Below are positions 18,501 through 27,760 of a DNA stretch of 61,191 nucleotides, one piece after another. Below the pieces are notes generated by a model. The model worked only from the letters and a program-made list of their open reading frames with translations. It was not told the DNA's origin and ran no database searches. The stretch covers positions 1-61,191 of the forward strand of contig CAZBPC010000006.1 of NCBI GenBank assembly GCA_964493715.1, read 5' to 3'. This DNA comes from an uncultured archaeon (lineage in GTDB: Archaea > Asgardarchaeota > Lokiarchaeia > Sigyniarchaeales > SOKP01). The position numbers and the translations under genes were made by a program. Each line of letters starts with the position of its first letter. Position 1 is the first letter of the stretch.

Positions 18501-20007
18501 TGGAAAATCTCAAACGATAGCAGCTCTTATTGATGAATATTATGAGAGATGTCTTCTTAATGGGAAAAAAACCATTAGAATCTTGGTATCTTGTTTTTCT
18601 TATGCAGCTCTGAAGGTTGTTTTGGATAAAATTCGAATAGGGAAAGATTCATTTGATAATCCTACTAAATCCTCACACTTACAATTAGTTTATTTAAGAT
18701 CTGAATATCAAAAACAAATTGAATCAAAAAAGGGATGTAGAGATGTTGACGATTTGCTCCGAAAGGGTTCCACTTGGAAATTAAATGGAACATCACGAAC
18801 AGTAACAAATAAAATCCATCTAGAAGAATCACTTGAGGAAAGTTTTATTATATTTGCAAATGCTCACCAGTTATATCATTTGGTGGAAAGGGTTAATCCA
18901 GAATTCTCTTTTGATTTGGTAATCATAGATGAAGCAAGCCAAGTTCCTATTCATTATTTTCTATCAAGTTTACAATTCATTATAAAAAAGAACCTTAAGT
19001 TAAAAATTAAAACTACTCCTGGGGAGCCTGGTACTTTAATCAGAGATCGGAGCATTATTGAAGAATTTGAGCTCGAAAGTAAGCTCGATCCAGAAACATT
19101 ATCGAAGGTTATAATCGTAGGGGATTATAATCAATTACCTCCTGTACAACCAATTAAACCCCCTAAAAACTTAGAGGTTATCTTAGGCAGTCTATTTACA
19201 TATTATGTCAGACAACAAAAGATTTCTAATGTTCAATTGAAAGTAAATTATCGTTCGCATCAAGATATTGTTGACTTTACTTCTGCTTTATTATTATATG
19301 AAGATATTAATCCATGTAAGGAAAATGCGCAAAAATTATTAAAGGGAAAAATCAAAAAAGAAGAAGAACAATGGATTAAAATTGTACTAGATCCTCAAAA
19401 GGTTGTTTCTGTTATCGTACATGGGAGAGAATATGAAATTGGAGTAAGTGCTCTTGAAGCAGAATTAGTATCTAACCTCACTATTAGTTATTTTAGTATG
19501 ATAAACCCAAAAACCGGAAAAGAAGAAACTCAATTCTGGAAAGAGAAATTGGGAGTTGTTGCACCGCACAATGCTCAGGGGCGTTTGATCATTAGAAAAA
19601 TATTTGATAGATTAACTGAGGATAAAAATCGATTAACAAATTTAGAAAATCAAGAATTAATGAGGAGATTACGAAATACTGTTTATTCTGTTGAAAAATT
19701 CCAAGGATCTGATCGAGATTTAATTATTGCTTCATTTGGATTATCAGATAAAGATCAACTAGATGCCGAGAGTGAATTTATCTATAATTTAAATAGGTTT
19801 AATGTACTAACCTCCAGGGCTAAATATAAACTAATATTAGTAATGAGTAAAAAGTTTCTTGGGTTCATACCAAATGATAGAACTATTATGACTCAAGCAG
19901 CTCATATTAGGAAATATGCATTTTCCTTTTGTAATGAGGAAATGTTCATTGATATATTCAATGAAAAAAAGGAAAAAGAAACAGTAGTCTATAGATATAA
20001 AAAATAA
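15538..20007 (+). CDS. Dna2/TM0106-like nuclease-helicase: Fe-S PD-(D/E)XK nuclease + RNase H-like domain + Upf1/Dna2-type SF1B helicase
   Basis: C19...RPD...IIDIK...CGFCYFIEDC; FAVETDP; GPPGTGKS, DEASQ, GDYNQLPP, NYRS, APHNAQ, VEKFQG, RFNVLTSRAK. Confidence 0.88.
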   Translation: MGKGNFDKQVLTRFVQTECKRQLFLDLSQTRPKLWRDPNRLLVDPKVIRRSSDNLIKLGQRYEQLVYKHLVNFKGALYQIDAKIKVKKSYLKPIILLNLYNQNDKDSFLLLEHQYRIPPSFFFNHFFDRSKTNIIPFYWSKQRPDIMIIRREKDLTIQVNELLTDGTIRTVPKEELKTRYSISIIDIKNIRDENIGKKQFIEILYYMLTLSHFLKENDLSSKFFVNIDFNGILARLNEENILKMRTVENLISEIINVDWEESNIIIKDLISQIKNLWKKTPCSIDEIPVNIQPNCGFCYFIEDCKDSLGKDKKKPSSEWDLALIPYTTMSIAQQLRNDYNFSTIGDVAAKVRTIQTGDTPKPIYSELPLLELKARALIENKIIKPKPGDIHAYSIPKYSTIGINFAVETDPANQRVYAAGLFLFMSVFSKSPYRRIYDNWWRIWKEGLEDSKSNEEIQLKLNEHLIHEIPINVVDRFREYLEKLNLFKTIYLAGDKKADGTLRKQTVVIYQFANINEGDSDETEGKFAEIIILRLYYLLEMCNIVENYVIIDAKEAGRYYGPSTSLFYWSKRQLNNFQDMLERNINHIINNQEVAIAFDAIISLFTPSDSEVAHPYQHKKLFNVQEFAESVFGFPSIISYTWHKIAKKEFKTYANKKYWIPHFNYMDFNNWYDYILEEDDEKKKEKKKEITRQVMFKVRTINSLRSKFQDQFSNIISKNVRVINKTQFISIFLSPEFHPISQVWYLFSKYTGAMEEMDTEYFRTTFPEFSIGKLAAAKVEDLRIWSPTGKKNICDFKITSLSSNMNINPGDRVYLLPDNERDTKTIQKLEQWKIIIKEMVWDPKINGYYIFSQETNSKRLDEYKGIENHFSWFIYHTSLDVWSNKLYNKNGLLERYNLGKSWLGFRLSYLWNIRSKQELYWPYNWEFLTPSVYLYLPEVLSSLTTDPSKNLSSKLITAINPIPDESQIIAINNSLNHVISGIQGPPGTGKSQTIAALIDEYYERCLLNGKKTIRILVSCFSYAALKVVLDKIRIGKDSFDNPTKSSHLQLVYLRSEYQKQIESKKGCRDVDDLLRKGSTWKLNGTSRTVTNKIHLEESLEESFIIFANAHQLYHLVERVNPEFSFDLVIIDEASQVPIHYFLSSLQFIIKKNLKLKIKTTPGEPGTLIRDRSIIEEFELESKLDPETLSKVIIVGDYNQLPPVQPIKPPKNLEVILGSLFTYYVRQQKISNVQLKVNYRSHQDIVDFTSALLLYEDINPCKENAQKLLKGKIKKEEEQWIKIVLDPQKVVSVIVHGREYEIGVSALEAELVSNLTISYFSMINPKTGKEETQFWKEKLGVVAPHNAQGRLIIRKIFDRLTEDKNRLTNLENQELMRRLRNTVYSVEKFQGSDRDLIIASFGLSDKDQLDAESEFIYNLNRFNVLTSRAKYKLILVMSKKFLGFIPNDRTIMTQAAHIRKYAFSFCNEEMFIDIFNEKKEKETVVYRYKK

Positions 20008-20017
20008 AATTACTTAA

Positions 20018-21577
20018 ATGATTATAATGGAACCGATAAAATTCATTCATATATCAGATATTCATCTCGGTAAGAGACAATATAATTTGAAAGAGAGATA
20101 TAAAGACTATTTTCGAGCATTTAAATGGGTTTTGGATTTTGCTATTAGTAAAAAAGTAGATTTTTTATTAATATCGGGAGATCTTTTTGATAACAAAAAT
20201 ATTAATCCCTCTGTATTGAGTGATGTTTTTTACTTAATTAGGGATTTTAAAAAAAGGAGCTCTTCAGAATTAAATAAAGAAATTCCAATAGTATGTATAG
20301 AAGGAAATCATGATAATCCTGTTTATAAAACCAATTCATGGATGAGTTTTTTGGCCGATTTAGATCTAATTATATTGCTCGCTGGAGATTATGATAAGGA
20401 TAGTAAAAAATTATCTTTTCAACAATATTCTACCTCAAACCATAGAGGTGGAATGGTCCAAATTAAAGATGCCATAATTTATGGACTTCCTTATTATGGC
20501 AGTTTTACTAAACACATGTTTCCCGCAATTTATCAAGCAATTCCTAAAAAAGAGGATAAATTTAACATTTTAATGATGCATTTTGGTATTGAAGGGCAAG
20601 ATAAATCAAAACCGGGAATTGAATTAACGCCTAATCTTAAAAAATTACATGATAAAATAAATTATCTGGCTTTGGGACATTATCATAAGAATTATATATT
20701 AGAAGACCAAGAACAGTGGATATATAATCCAGGAAGTTTAGAATTGAATGATCTTACTGAATTATCTTTTAGTAGAGGCGCCTTTTTAGCCGAAATATCT
20801 GGAAGTGAATATTATCAAAAAGATTTAAAATTTATAGAATGCGATAATGGAAACAAAAATCCTAATAGAATTCCAAACAGAGAATTTTTCCAAATCCAAT
20901 CAATTGATATTACAGGAGAGAGTTCTTTCGAAGGTGCTATAGAATATATATTAAAAAAATTGAAGCAATATGGATTACCACTTCGAGATATAAATAAAGA
21001 AATTAATAAGAGTGATTTGAACTGTCCAATCGCAGCCTTTAAAATTATTGGAGAAGTGGGTTTTTCTCGTTTAGAAATCAATTTAAACAAGCTGAAAGAA
21101 GAGATAATCAAGAAATATGCTGTTTTAGATGTTCGAGTATCTTCTAAGGATTTATTTTCTGCAATAGATTTAATAAAAATCGAAGAAGAAGATTTAACTA
21201 TTGAAAAAATTGAACGACTCGTGTTTAGCGCATTAATAGATCAAAATGAAGAGTATAAACCCCTAAAATCAGAAATCCTTAATTTATTAGATGATTTTAA
21301 GGCTGAACTGATATTAAAAGGACCAAATTACGCAAAACTTAAAGAAGAACTGATTCAATGGAGTAATTTAAATATTAAAGATTTTAAAAATCTAGATATA
21401 GCCAATAAAAAACCCATCGTAGATAGCTTAGAGTCATTTGATCTTAAGGAAAAAGCAGATAAAAATGAAGAAAAAGAAATTGATATAGAAGAAGATAAAG
21501 GATTTAGTGATTATAATGAGTTCGATGATCTTGATAATTTTATTGATGATGGATTTGATGAATCAGGAGATGATTAA
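20018..21577 (+). CDS. mre11: Mre11/SbcD DNA repair nuclease with acidic C-terminal tail
   Basis: SDIHLG, GDLFD, GNHD, MHFG, LGHYH, NPGSLE metallophosphoesterase motifs; adjacent to an SMC-like ATPase. Confidence 0.92.
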   Translation: MIIMEPIKFIHISDIHLGKRQYNLKERYKDYFRAFKWVLDFAISKKVDFLLISGDLFDNKNINPSVLSDVFYLIRDFKKRSSSELNKEIPIVCIEGNHDNPVYKTNSWMSFLADLDLIILLAGDYDKDSKKLSFQQYSTSNHRGGMVQIKDAIIYGLPYYGSFTKHMFPAIYQAIPKKEDKFNILMMHFGIEGQDKSKPGIELTPNLKKLHDKINYLALGHYHKNYILEDQEQWIYNPGSLELNDLTELSFSRGAFLAEISGSEYYQKDLKFIECDNGNKNPNRIPNREFFQIQSIDITGESSFEGAIEYILKKLKQYGLPLRDINKEINKSDLNCPIAAFKIIGEVGFSRLEINLNKLKEEIIKKYAVLDVRVSSKDLFSAIDLIKIEEEDLTIEKIERLVFSALIDQNEEYKPLKSEILNLLDDFKAELILKGPNYAKLKEELIQWSNLNIKDFKNLDIANKKPIVDSLESFDLKEKADKNEEKEIDIEEDKGFSDYNEFDDLDNFIDDGFDESGDD

Positions 21578-21582
21578 TAACT

Positions 21583-24237
21583 ATGATAATAACAAAAATA
21601 GAACTCGAAAATATAGCAACACACAAGTCCACTGTTATAGATTTTCAAGATGGTTTAAATGTGTTGCTTGGTCAAAATGGTACAGGTAAATCTACAGTTC
21701 TAAATATGATTGGATATAATTTATTTGATTTCTTACAAGGAAATCAAGGAAGTTATATACGTGATGATGTTTTAAACCACACAAATCATGGAATTGTAAA
21801 GGTCTGGATTGTAGGATTAAACGATGATCAATTTATAATTTCTAGGACAATTGGAAAACAAGCAAACATTATTGAAGTCTCTGATGCTAAAACAGGGACT
21901 TTATTAACTAGTATTAATGATAAATCAAGCTTACAACAATGGTTAAAGACTCAAATCGGTTTAAAACCAGAATTTAATTTATCAAAACTTTTTAATACAT
22001 CGGTTGGTGTTCCTCAAGGAACTTTTACTGAACCTTTTCTAAGAGCACCTCAAGGTAGAAAAGACTTTTTTGACCCTATCTTACAAGTAGATGTATATCG
22101 ATCTATGTGGATGAAAATAAAGGGCATACAGAGTTCAATTTTAGAAGATATTCATCAATTTGAAAAAGATGCTGAAAAATTAAAAGGTTTTTTGATAAAT
22201 AAGGATGAGTTATTAGATAAAGCTAAAAATTCAGAAGAAAAATTAGATAATTTTCAAAAAAGTAAAGCTGAATTGGAAATTCAATTGAAGAAGGTAAATG
22301 AGAAACATGATCATTTAACAAATCTAAAATCAGAACTAGATCAACTTATTCAATCAACCAAAGAATTAGAAGGAAATCGAAATGAGATGGTCTCAAGGCT
22401 TGAAGAGAAAAAGAAATCTCTAAAAGAAGCAACCGAATCTAACGAACTATGTCTCAAAACTAAAAAGAATTATGAAGAATATGAGAAATTATCTCAAGAA
22501 ATGAATAGAATAAGTGATGTCATTGAATTAGATTCAAAAATTGAAATTATTCTTAAAGATGTTAATAAAATTGAATCTTCAACAAAAGAATTAGATACTT
22601 ATACTATTGATTATCACAAAGATTTAGAATTACAAAAGAAAATTGAAAAACAACAAGAATTAATATCGAAAATTCAAAATGATAAATTACAAATGAGTAA
22701 AATCAGAGAAAATTATACGTCTCTTAGTAAGGATATTAATGATAAAGAGAAAGCTTTAACCAATTATTCCCAAATTAAATCAAAACTTACTGATCTTGAG
22801 AAAATTTTCGAAAATCAAAGAATTTTAGAAAATGAAATTATTAAGTTAGAAGCTGAATTGAATCAATTAAAAATGAATAAAGAACATTCCAAAAATGGAA
22901 AATGTCCTATTTTGAATGAACAATGTAAAAATGTTAAAGATAAATCGCTTGAACAGATTTTTGAAAAGAAAATCAAGGAATTGGAGATAAGACTTCATCC
23001 AAACAAAAAGGAGTTTCAAGCTAATGAACAAAAATTAGTAGATTTTGAAAGAATTAAAAAAGAATATGAAGATCTAAGGGAATCATATCTTAAATTAGAA
23101 TTATATAAAAATCAGAAACTAAATTTAGGACGCGATATCCAAGAAATTAAAAATAATCTAAAAGATGAATCAAATGAGAGAGAAATTTTAACTAAATTGA
23201 AGAAAAATAAGGCTTCTTTAGAGTTAAATGTAAACCAATATCACATCTTAAAGGATAAGTTTGAAAATACTCTGCCGAAATTAAATGATGCGCTTAAAAA
23301 ATTACAAAATGAAAAAGAATCCCTTGTAGAAAGCTTAGGATTTACGAAAAAAGCTAAAAAACCTTCTGAAGACTTTTTTACGACATTTGAATCTATTACT
23401 GATAAAATGAACAAAATACGAGAAGATCATGACATATTTCAAATGAATGAAAAACTAGGGAATCGCTTGCCTGAATTAACCTCTCTTGTAGATGAACTGG
23501 AGAAAAAATTAAAAGAAGCAAATGATAAACTAAAAATCGAGATAGTAACCAAGGAAAGAATTGAAAAATCATTTGATATGGAGGAATATAATATAATCAC
23601 AATGAAAAAAGATGAAATTAATAAATCATATATCAAAATTGAAGAAAACATTAAAAATGAAAGAAGTAATTTTGAAGAGTATTCACAACAAATAGACATT
23701 ATGTTGATAAAAGAGCAAGAATTAACTCAAATTGATGACAAATTAGAAAGTTTAGAATTCTTGGAGAAATATATTGATACAATTAGGACCTGGTATAAAG
23801 AAGCATCTCCCAAAATTACTGAATCGCTTCTAAAACGAGTAAACTTAATCGCTTCAGAGATTTATCGCGATCTTTTTGAAAGTGAAAATATTGAATTAAA
23901 GTGGGAGAATGATTATAATGTCAAAATTGAGACCATTAATAGCACAAAGGAATATCGTCAATTATCTGGCGGAGAACAAATGGCCGCTGCTCTTGCTATA
24001 CGTCTTGCTATTCTAAAAGTCCTTACTAATGCAGATTTTGCATTTTTCGATGAACCTACTACAAATTTAGATAAAGATAAACGTAGTAATCTCGCAAGAT
24101 GCATACAGAATATCAAAGGTTTCCGTCAAATATTTGTAATTTCACATGATGATACGTTCGAAGAGAATGCTGAAAATATAATTAGGTTCACCAAGGACGA
24201 GGAAGAAATTACCCACGTGCAATTTTTAAGCAACTAA
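21583..24237 (+). CDS. rad50: Rad50/SbcC SMC-like ATPase
   Basis: GQNGTGKS, Q-loop PQG, long coiled coil, central CPILNEQC, LSGGE, FFDEPT, ISHD. Confidence 0.93.
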   Translation: MIITKIELENIATHKSTVIDFQDGLNVLLGQNGTGKSTVLNMIGYNLFDFLQGNQGSYIRDDVLNHTNHGIVKVWIVGLNDDQFIISRTIGKQANIIEVSDAKTGTLLTSINDKSSLQQWLKTQIGLKPEFNLSKLFNTSVGVPQGTFTEPFLRAPQGRKDFFDPILQVDVYRSMWMKIKGIQSSILEDIHQFEKDAEKLKGFLINKDELLDKAKNSEEKLDNFQKSKAELEIQLKKVNEKHDHLTNLKSELDQLIQSTKELEGNRNEMVSRLEEKKKSLKEATESNELCLKTKKNYEEYEKLSQEMNRISDVIELDSKIEIILKDVNKIESSTKELDTYTIDYHKDLELQKKIEKQQELISKIQNDKLQMSKIRENYTSLSKDINDKEKALTNYSQIKSKLTDLEKIFENQRILENEIIKLEAELNQLKMNKEHSKNGKCPILNEQCKNVKDKSLEQIFEKKIKELEIRLHPNKKEFQANEQKLVDFERIKKEYEDLRESYLKLELYKNQKLNLGRDIQEIKNNLKDESNEREILTKLKKNKASLELNVNQYHILKDKFENTLPKLNDALKKLQNEKESLVESLGFTKKAKKPSEDFFTTFESITDKMNKIREDHDIFQMNEKLGNRLPELTSLVDELEKKLKEANDKLKIEIVTKERIEKSFDMEEYNIITMKKDEINKSYIKIEENIKNERSNFEEYSQQIDIMLIKEQELTQIDDKLESLEFLEKYIDTIRTWYKEASPKITESLLKRVNLIASEIYRDLFESENIELKWENDYNVKIETINSTKEYRQLSGGEQMAAALAIRLAILKVLTNADFAFFDEPTTNLDKDKRSNLARCIQNIKGFRQIFVISHDDTFEENAENIIRFTKDEEEITHVQFLSN

Positions 24238-24357
24238 ATTAAGAAATTTTTAAGTTTATTTTCCTTTTTTTATCCTTTCATTTTTTTGTATAAATTATGA
24301 TATAATAGAGACTCCATAAATTTTTATATCAAATACACTCGTTGTTCCTTAGGGAAT

Positions 24358-24900
24358 ATGCAAGAAACCATTTCTTTAGTAATTGGGTATTTGATATTAC
24401 TAATTATTATTTATATAACTTACATATTCATTAAGAAAAAAAGAGAGGGAGAAAGAGAGAAAAAACCAAGTAAGGAACAATCTCAATCCATTGAAATTAA
24501 AAAATATACCTGTTTAGATGGTCATTTGGTCAAATCAAAAGGTGAGTTAATTATTGATAATTATTTGTATTTGCTTAAGATAGAACATTTTTATGAGAAA
24601 TCCATCAAGATTTATGGTTCAAAAATCAAATATGATTGGTATCTCCCAAAATACGATATTTATATGGAATATTGGGGTTATGGAGGTAAAAAATATGAAA
24701 AAAGAAAAAAAGAAAAATTACGATTGTATAAAAAAGCCAATCTGAAACTAATTTCAATAGAAAATTACATGTTTCACGACATCTACTCAGAAATCGATAA
24801 AAAATTAAAAAAGTTTATCAACATAAAAAATCTAAAATATCCAATCAATTTTAGCCAAATTTTTTATAATTATGGAACCCAAATGGATGAAAGGATTTAA
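24358..24900 (+). CDS. N-terminally membrane-anchored PD-(D/E)XK-type nuclease-domain protein
   Basis: TM 6-25; DGH.VKSKGELIIDNYL...YE...YDWYLP...YMEYWG, a motif set seen in helicase-IV-associated restriction-like domains. Confidence 0.7.
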   Translation: MQETISLVIGYLILLIIIYITYIFIKKKREGEREKKPSKEQSQSIEIKKYTCLDGHLVKSKGELIIDNYLYLLKIEHFYEKSIKIYGSKIKYDWYLPKYDIYMEYWGYGGKKYEKRKKEKLRLYKKANLKLISIENYMFHDIYSEIDKKLKKFINIKNLKYPINFSQIFYNYGTQMDERI

Positions 24901-24909
24901 GTTATCTCC

Positions 24910-26094
24910 CTATTTTAAGAAATTTTCAAAAAGATCATAAACTTTTTCTAAAATATCTATATTAGGTAAAAATGTAAGCCTTATATGACCTTTTCCATAA
25001 TCTCCAAACCCTGAACCATAAACGGAGCAAACACCAGTCTCTTTTAGTAAATCAATAACGAAATCTTTATCGTTATCCCAACGATCAAATTCATTGAAAT
25101 CAATTTTAGGAAATAAATAGAATGCACCATTTGCATTTACACAACTAATCCCTTCAATTTTACGAATTCTATTATAGGAATAATCTCGCCTTTCTCTTAA
25201 TTTTCTCACTAAATCCTGAGTATGATTGCTTTTAGTCTTAAAGATTTCAATGGCAGCATACTGAGCTATAGAACTGGCAGATAAGCGTGCTCTCGCCATT
25301 TTTGCCATTCCCTCTTTAAGTTCGTTTAATTTATTTTCAGGATCATGATAATATAGATAACCGAGTCTCCAACCCGTCATGAGATCAGATTTAGAAAAAC
25401 CATTCATCCCAATTATTGGAACATCTTTACTAAGTGAGGCTGGAGATACATATTCCATTTCATATGTAATTTGATCATATATCTCATCCGAAATAATTGG
25501 TAAATTATATTCACCAGCTAAATCTATTATTTGTTTGACTTTTTTTTCAGAATATAACACTCCTGTGGGATTATTTGGAGAACAAATAAGAATTGCTTGG
25601 GTCTTTTCATTGATTTTATTGCGAATATCCTCAATATTTGGATCCCATCCCTCTTTTTCATCCAATTCATATTCGATGGGAATTCCATCATAAAATTTGG
25701 TGTTATTGATATATAACGGATATGTTGGACCAGGTATGAGAAGTTCTTCACCTCTCTCTATCAAAGCTGCAAGAAGAAAATAAATTCCTTCTGTGACACC
25801 AGCAGTGATTAAAATATCTTCAAAATCTACATCTAAATTTTTTTTTTTCTTCATAAAATTACTAATTTCTTTTCTTAATTCAATTACCCCTAAAGAATCA
25901 GCATAAAAATTCTTCCCATCACGACTGACTGTCGCCAAAGCTTCGGAAATAAAAGGAGGTGTTATAAAATCATATTTTAATGGATCTCCAATATTTAAAT
26001 GGTAGATTTTTTTTCCTGTTTGTTCTAATTGATTCGCTATCACTGCGATATCTCGTATAGCATATTCAATATCATTTACTCTTCTAGAAATCAT
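24910..26094 (-). CDS. PLP aminotransferase class I/II (alanine aminotransferase-like)
   Basis: EYAIRD, LNIGDP, PNNPTG, SDEIYD, GFSKS..MTGWRLG. Confidence 0.93.
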   Translation of the reverse strand: MISRRVNDIEYAIRDIAVIANQLEQTGKKIYHLNIGDPLKYDFITPPFISEALATVSRDGKNFYADSLGVIELRKEISNFMKKKKNLDVDFEDILITAGVTEGIYFLLAALIERGEELLIPGPTYPLYINNTKFYDGIPIEYELDEKEGWDPNIEDIRNKINEKTQAILICSPNNPTGVLYSEKKVKQIIDLAGEYNLPIISDEIYDQITYEMEYVSPASLSKDVPIIGMNGFSKSDLMTGWRLGYLYYHDPENKLNELKEGMAKMARARLSASSIAQYAAIEIFKTKSNHTQDLVRKLRERRDYSYNRIRKIEGISCVNANGAFYLFPKIDFNEFDRWDNDKDFVIDLLKETGVCSVYGSGFGDYGKGHIRLTFLPNIDILEKVYDLFENFLK

Positions 26095-26218
26095 TATTTT
26101 TCACAATTCAAGAGGAATTCAATTAATTTTAGCATGAAAGATTATAATAATTGTTATAATTATGACTTTCATTTAAATTAGATTATAACAAAAAGGAGTA
26201 AAAAGAAGTGAGAATAAA

Positions 26219-26587
26219 TTAAAGTTGAAATTCTCTATTTCTTAATTTTGAAACTAGATGCCCTCTCGAGAGCAGCTGAATTCCAAATTGAGAACTATAA
26301 TCGCGAGAAAAGTCTGTACTTATGTTACACACCATTATACCTCCTTCTAATTCAGGAACATCTATACAAGCTTTATGTAATTGTCTTAGCTGAGTGATTG
26401 AGATTTCTCTTTTCCAATCTCTGATAAATATTCCAAATCTACCAAATTTGCCACTCTTAACTACAGCACTGAATGTCCATATCTTTCCTGAATTCCCTTT
26501 TAGAGTTGTGGGACCTTTTTCAAAATTATATTTCTCAGAAAATACTTTTTCTGCTAATTCTTCTAAAGAGGCATCTGAAAATTCCAT
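26219..26587 (-). CDS. Mrr-like restriction-endonuclease-fold protein, catalytically degenerate
   Basis: LKG.SG....F, DWKR.I....L, GIMV, A/S..FGIQLL layout of Mrr_cat, but the D and E-x-K positions read S and I-R-D. Confidence 0.6.
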   Translation of the reverse strand: MEFSDASLEELAEKVFSEKYNFEKGPTTLKGNSGKIWTFSAVVKSGKFGRFGIFIRDWKREISITQLRQLHKACIDVPELEGGIMVCNISTDFSRDYSSQFGIQLLSRGHLVSKLRNREFQL

Positions 26588-26772
26588 TTTATCACATCAT
26601 TTTTATTTAAATATATTTAACTTGTTATATTTAAATGTTATTTTTAATATTATGCGTGTAAATCTTAAAAATATGTAATATGTGGATGATACATGCAAAA
26701 TATATGTTTATAAAGAATTGATATATGTTTCCGACATTATTTTCTTTACGCTTGATAGATTATCCCAATTGT

Positions 26773-27642
26773 TTAAAATGTTCCTAATAATTGGTAAAGA
26801 GGATAATATCCATCAACTTCCGACCCTTGAGATTTTAAAAATTTTAACAAATTTTTTTGCAAAAATTGGATTATTTCAAGAGCAACAATATCACATGTGT
26901 TATTACATTCAAAATAGTCATTAGGAAGATATCTGCATTCAGCATTTACTCTGAGACAAAAATTCTTCATTTGAAATGATAATCCTTCAGCAGATAGAAT
27001 TTCAAGATGATCCCATCCATCTTTAAATCCACCTATGCTACTTGGAGGCACGGATTTAATATTATTTTTTAAATCTTCCAATAAAATAAGAGATTCTTTT
27101 CCATCTCTCATCCCTATTCTTTCAATTACATTAATTAATTCTTTTCTTGCTTCTAATTGACATAGAAAATTATATTTTTGAAAAAGTTTTTCAGCTTCTA
27201 ATGTTTTCTCTGGATCCAATATTTTCCACCCAGGTAATTTTTTACACTTAATGCTCTCATTTTTCAGATTTGAAAAATTGCACGGATAAATCCAACATTG
27301 TGGTGGTTTTATTCCTGAATTATGAACTTTACAACCATTAATTTGTTTGTCAAAAAAAAAGCATTTTCCAGTTTGTTCATCAAATCTTAGATGAAAACTA
27401 AAAATATTACTTCGTACGAAATCATTTTCAGTAGCTAGAGATTGATTTATGTACTCTTCTGCAAGAACCTTTGGTACATCAATTTTGATTGAACAACAAT
27501 CCCCTTTACATAAATTCGGATTTGTACAATCAGGTCCTTCAATCGCTTCTTTCATTAATTTATTGAACTTCCGAATGATGACCCAAAATAGTTGGTTATG
27601 AGGCCTTTTCAAGATATCAATATTATTATCATTATAAAACAT
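26773..27642 (-). CDS. YkgJ/UPF0153 Cys-cluster (Zn/Fe-S) protein
   Basis: C....C.GDCC, GKCFFFD....CKVH...KP.QC.IYP. Confidence 0.75.
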   Translation of the reverse strand: MFYNDNNIDILKRPHNQLFWVIIRKFNKLMKEAIEGPDCTNPNLCKGDCCSIKIDVPKVLAEEYINQSLATENDFVRSNIFSFHLRFDEQTGKCFFFDKQINGCKVHNSGIKPPQCWIYPCNFSNLKNESIKCKKLPGWKILDPEKTLEAEKLFQKYNFLCQLEARKELINVIERIGMRDGKESLILLEDLKNNIKSVPPSSIGGFKDGWDHLEILSAEGLSFQMKNFCLRVNAECRYLPNDYFECNNTCDIVALEIIQFLQKNLLKFLKSQGSEVDGYYPLYQLLGTF

Positions 27643-27760
27643 AAAAATATCTAGATTTCCTTAAGTTTATATTTTTGAATTATATTATTTATTAAATACT
27701 TCTTTTTAATTAGAACTATAGAATCATACCATTATATAAATAATATTAAAGGTTTTACTA

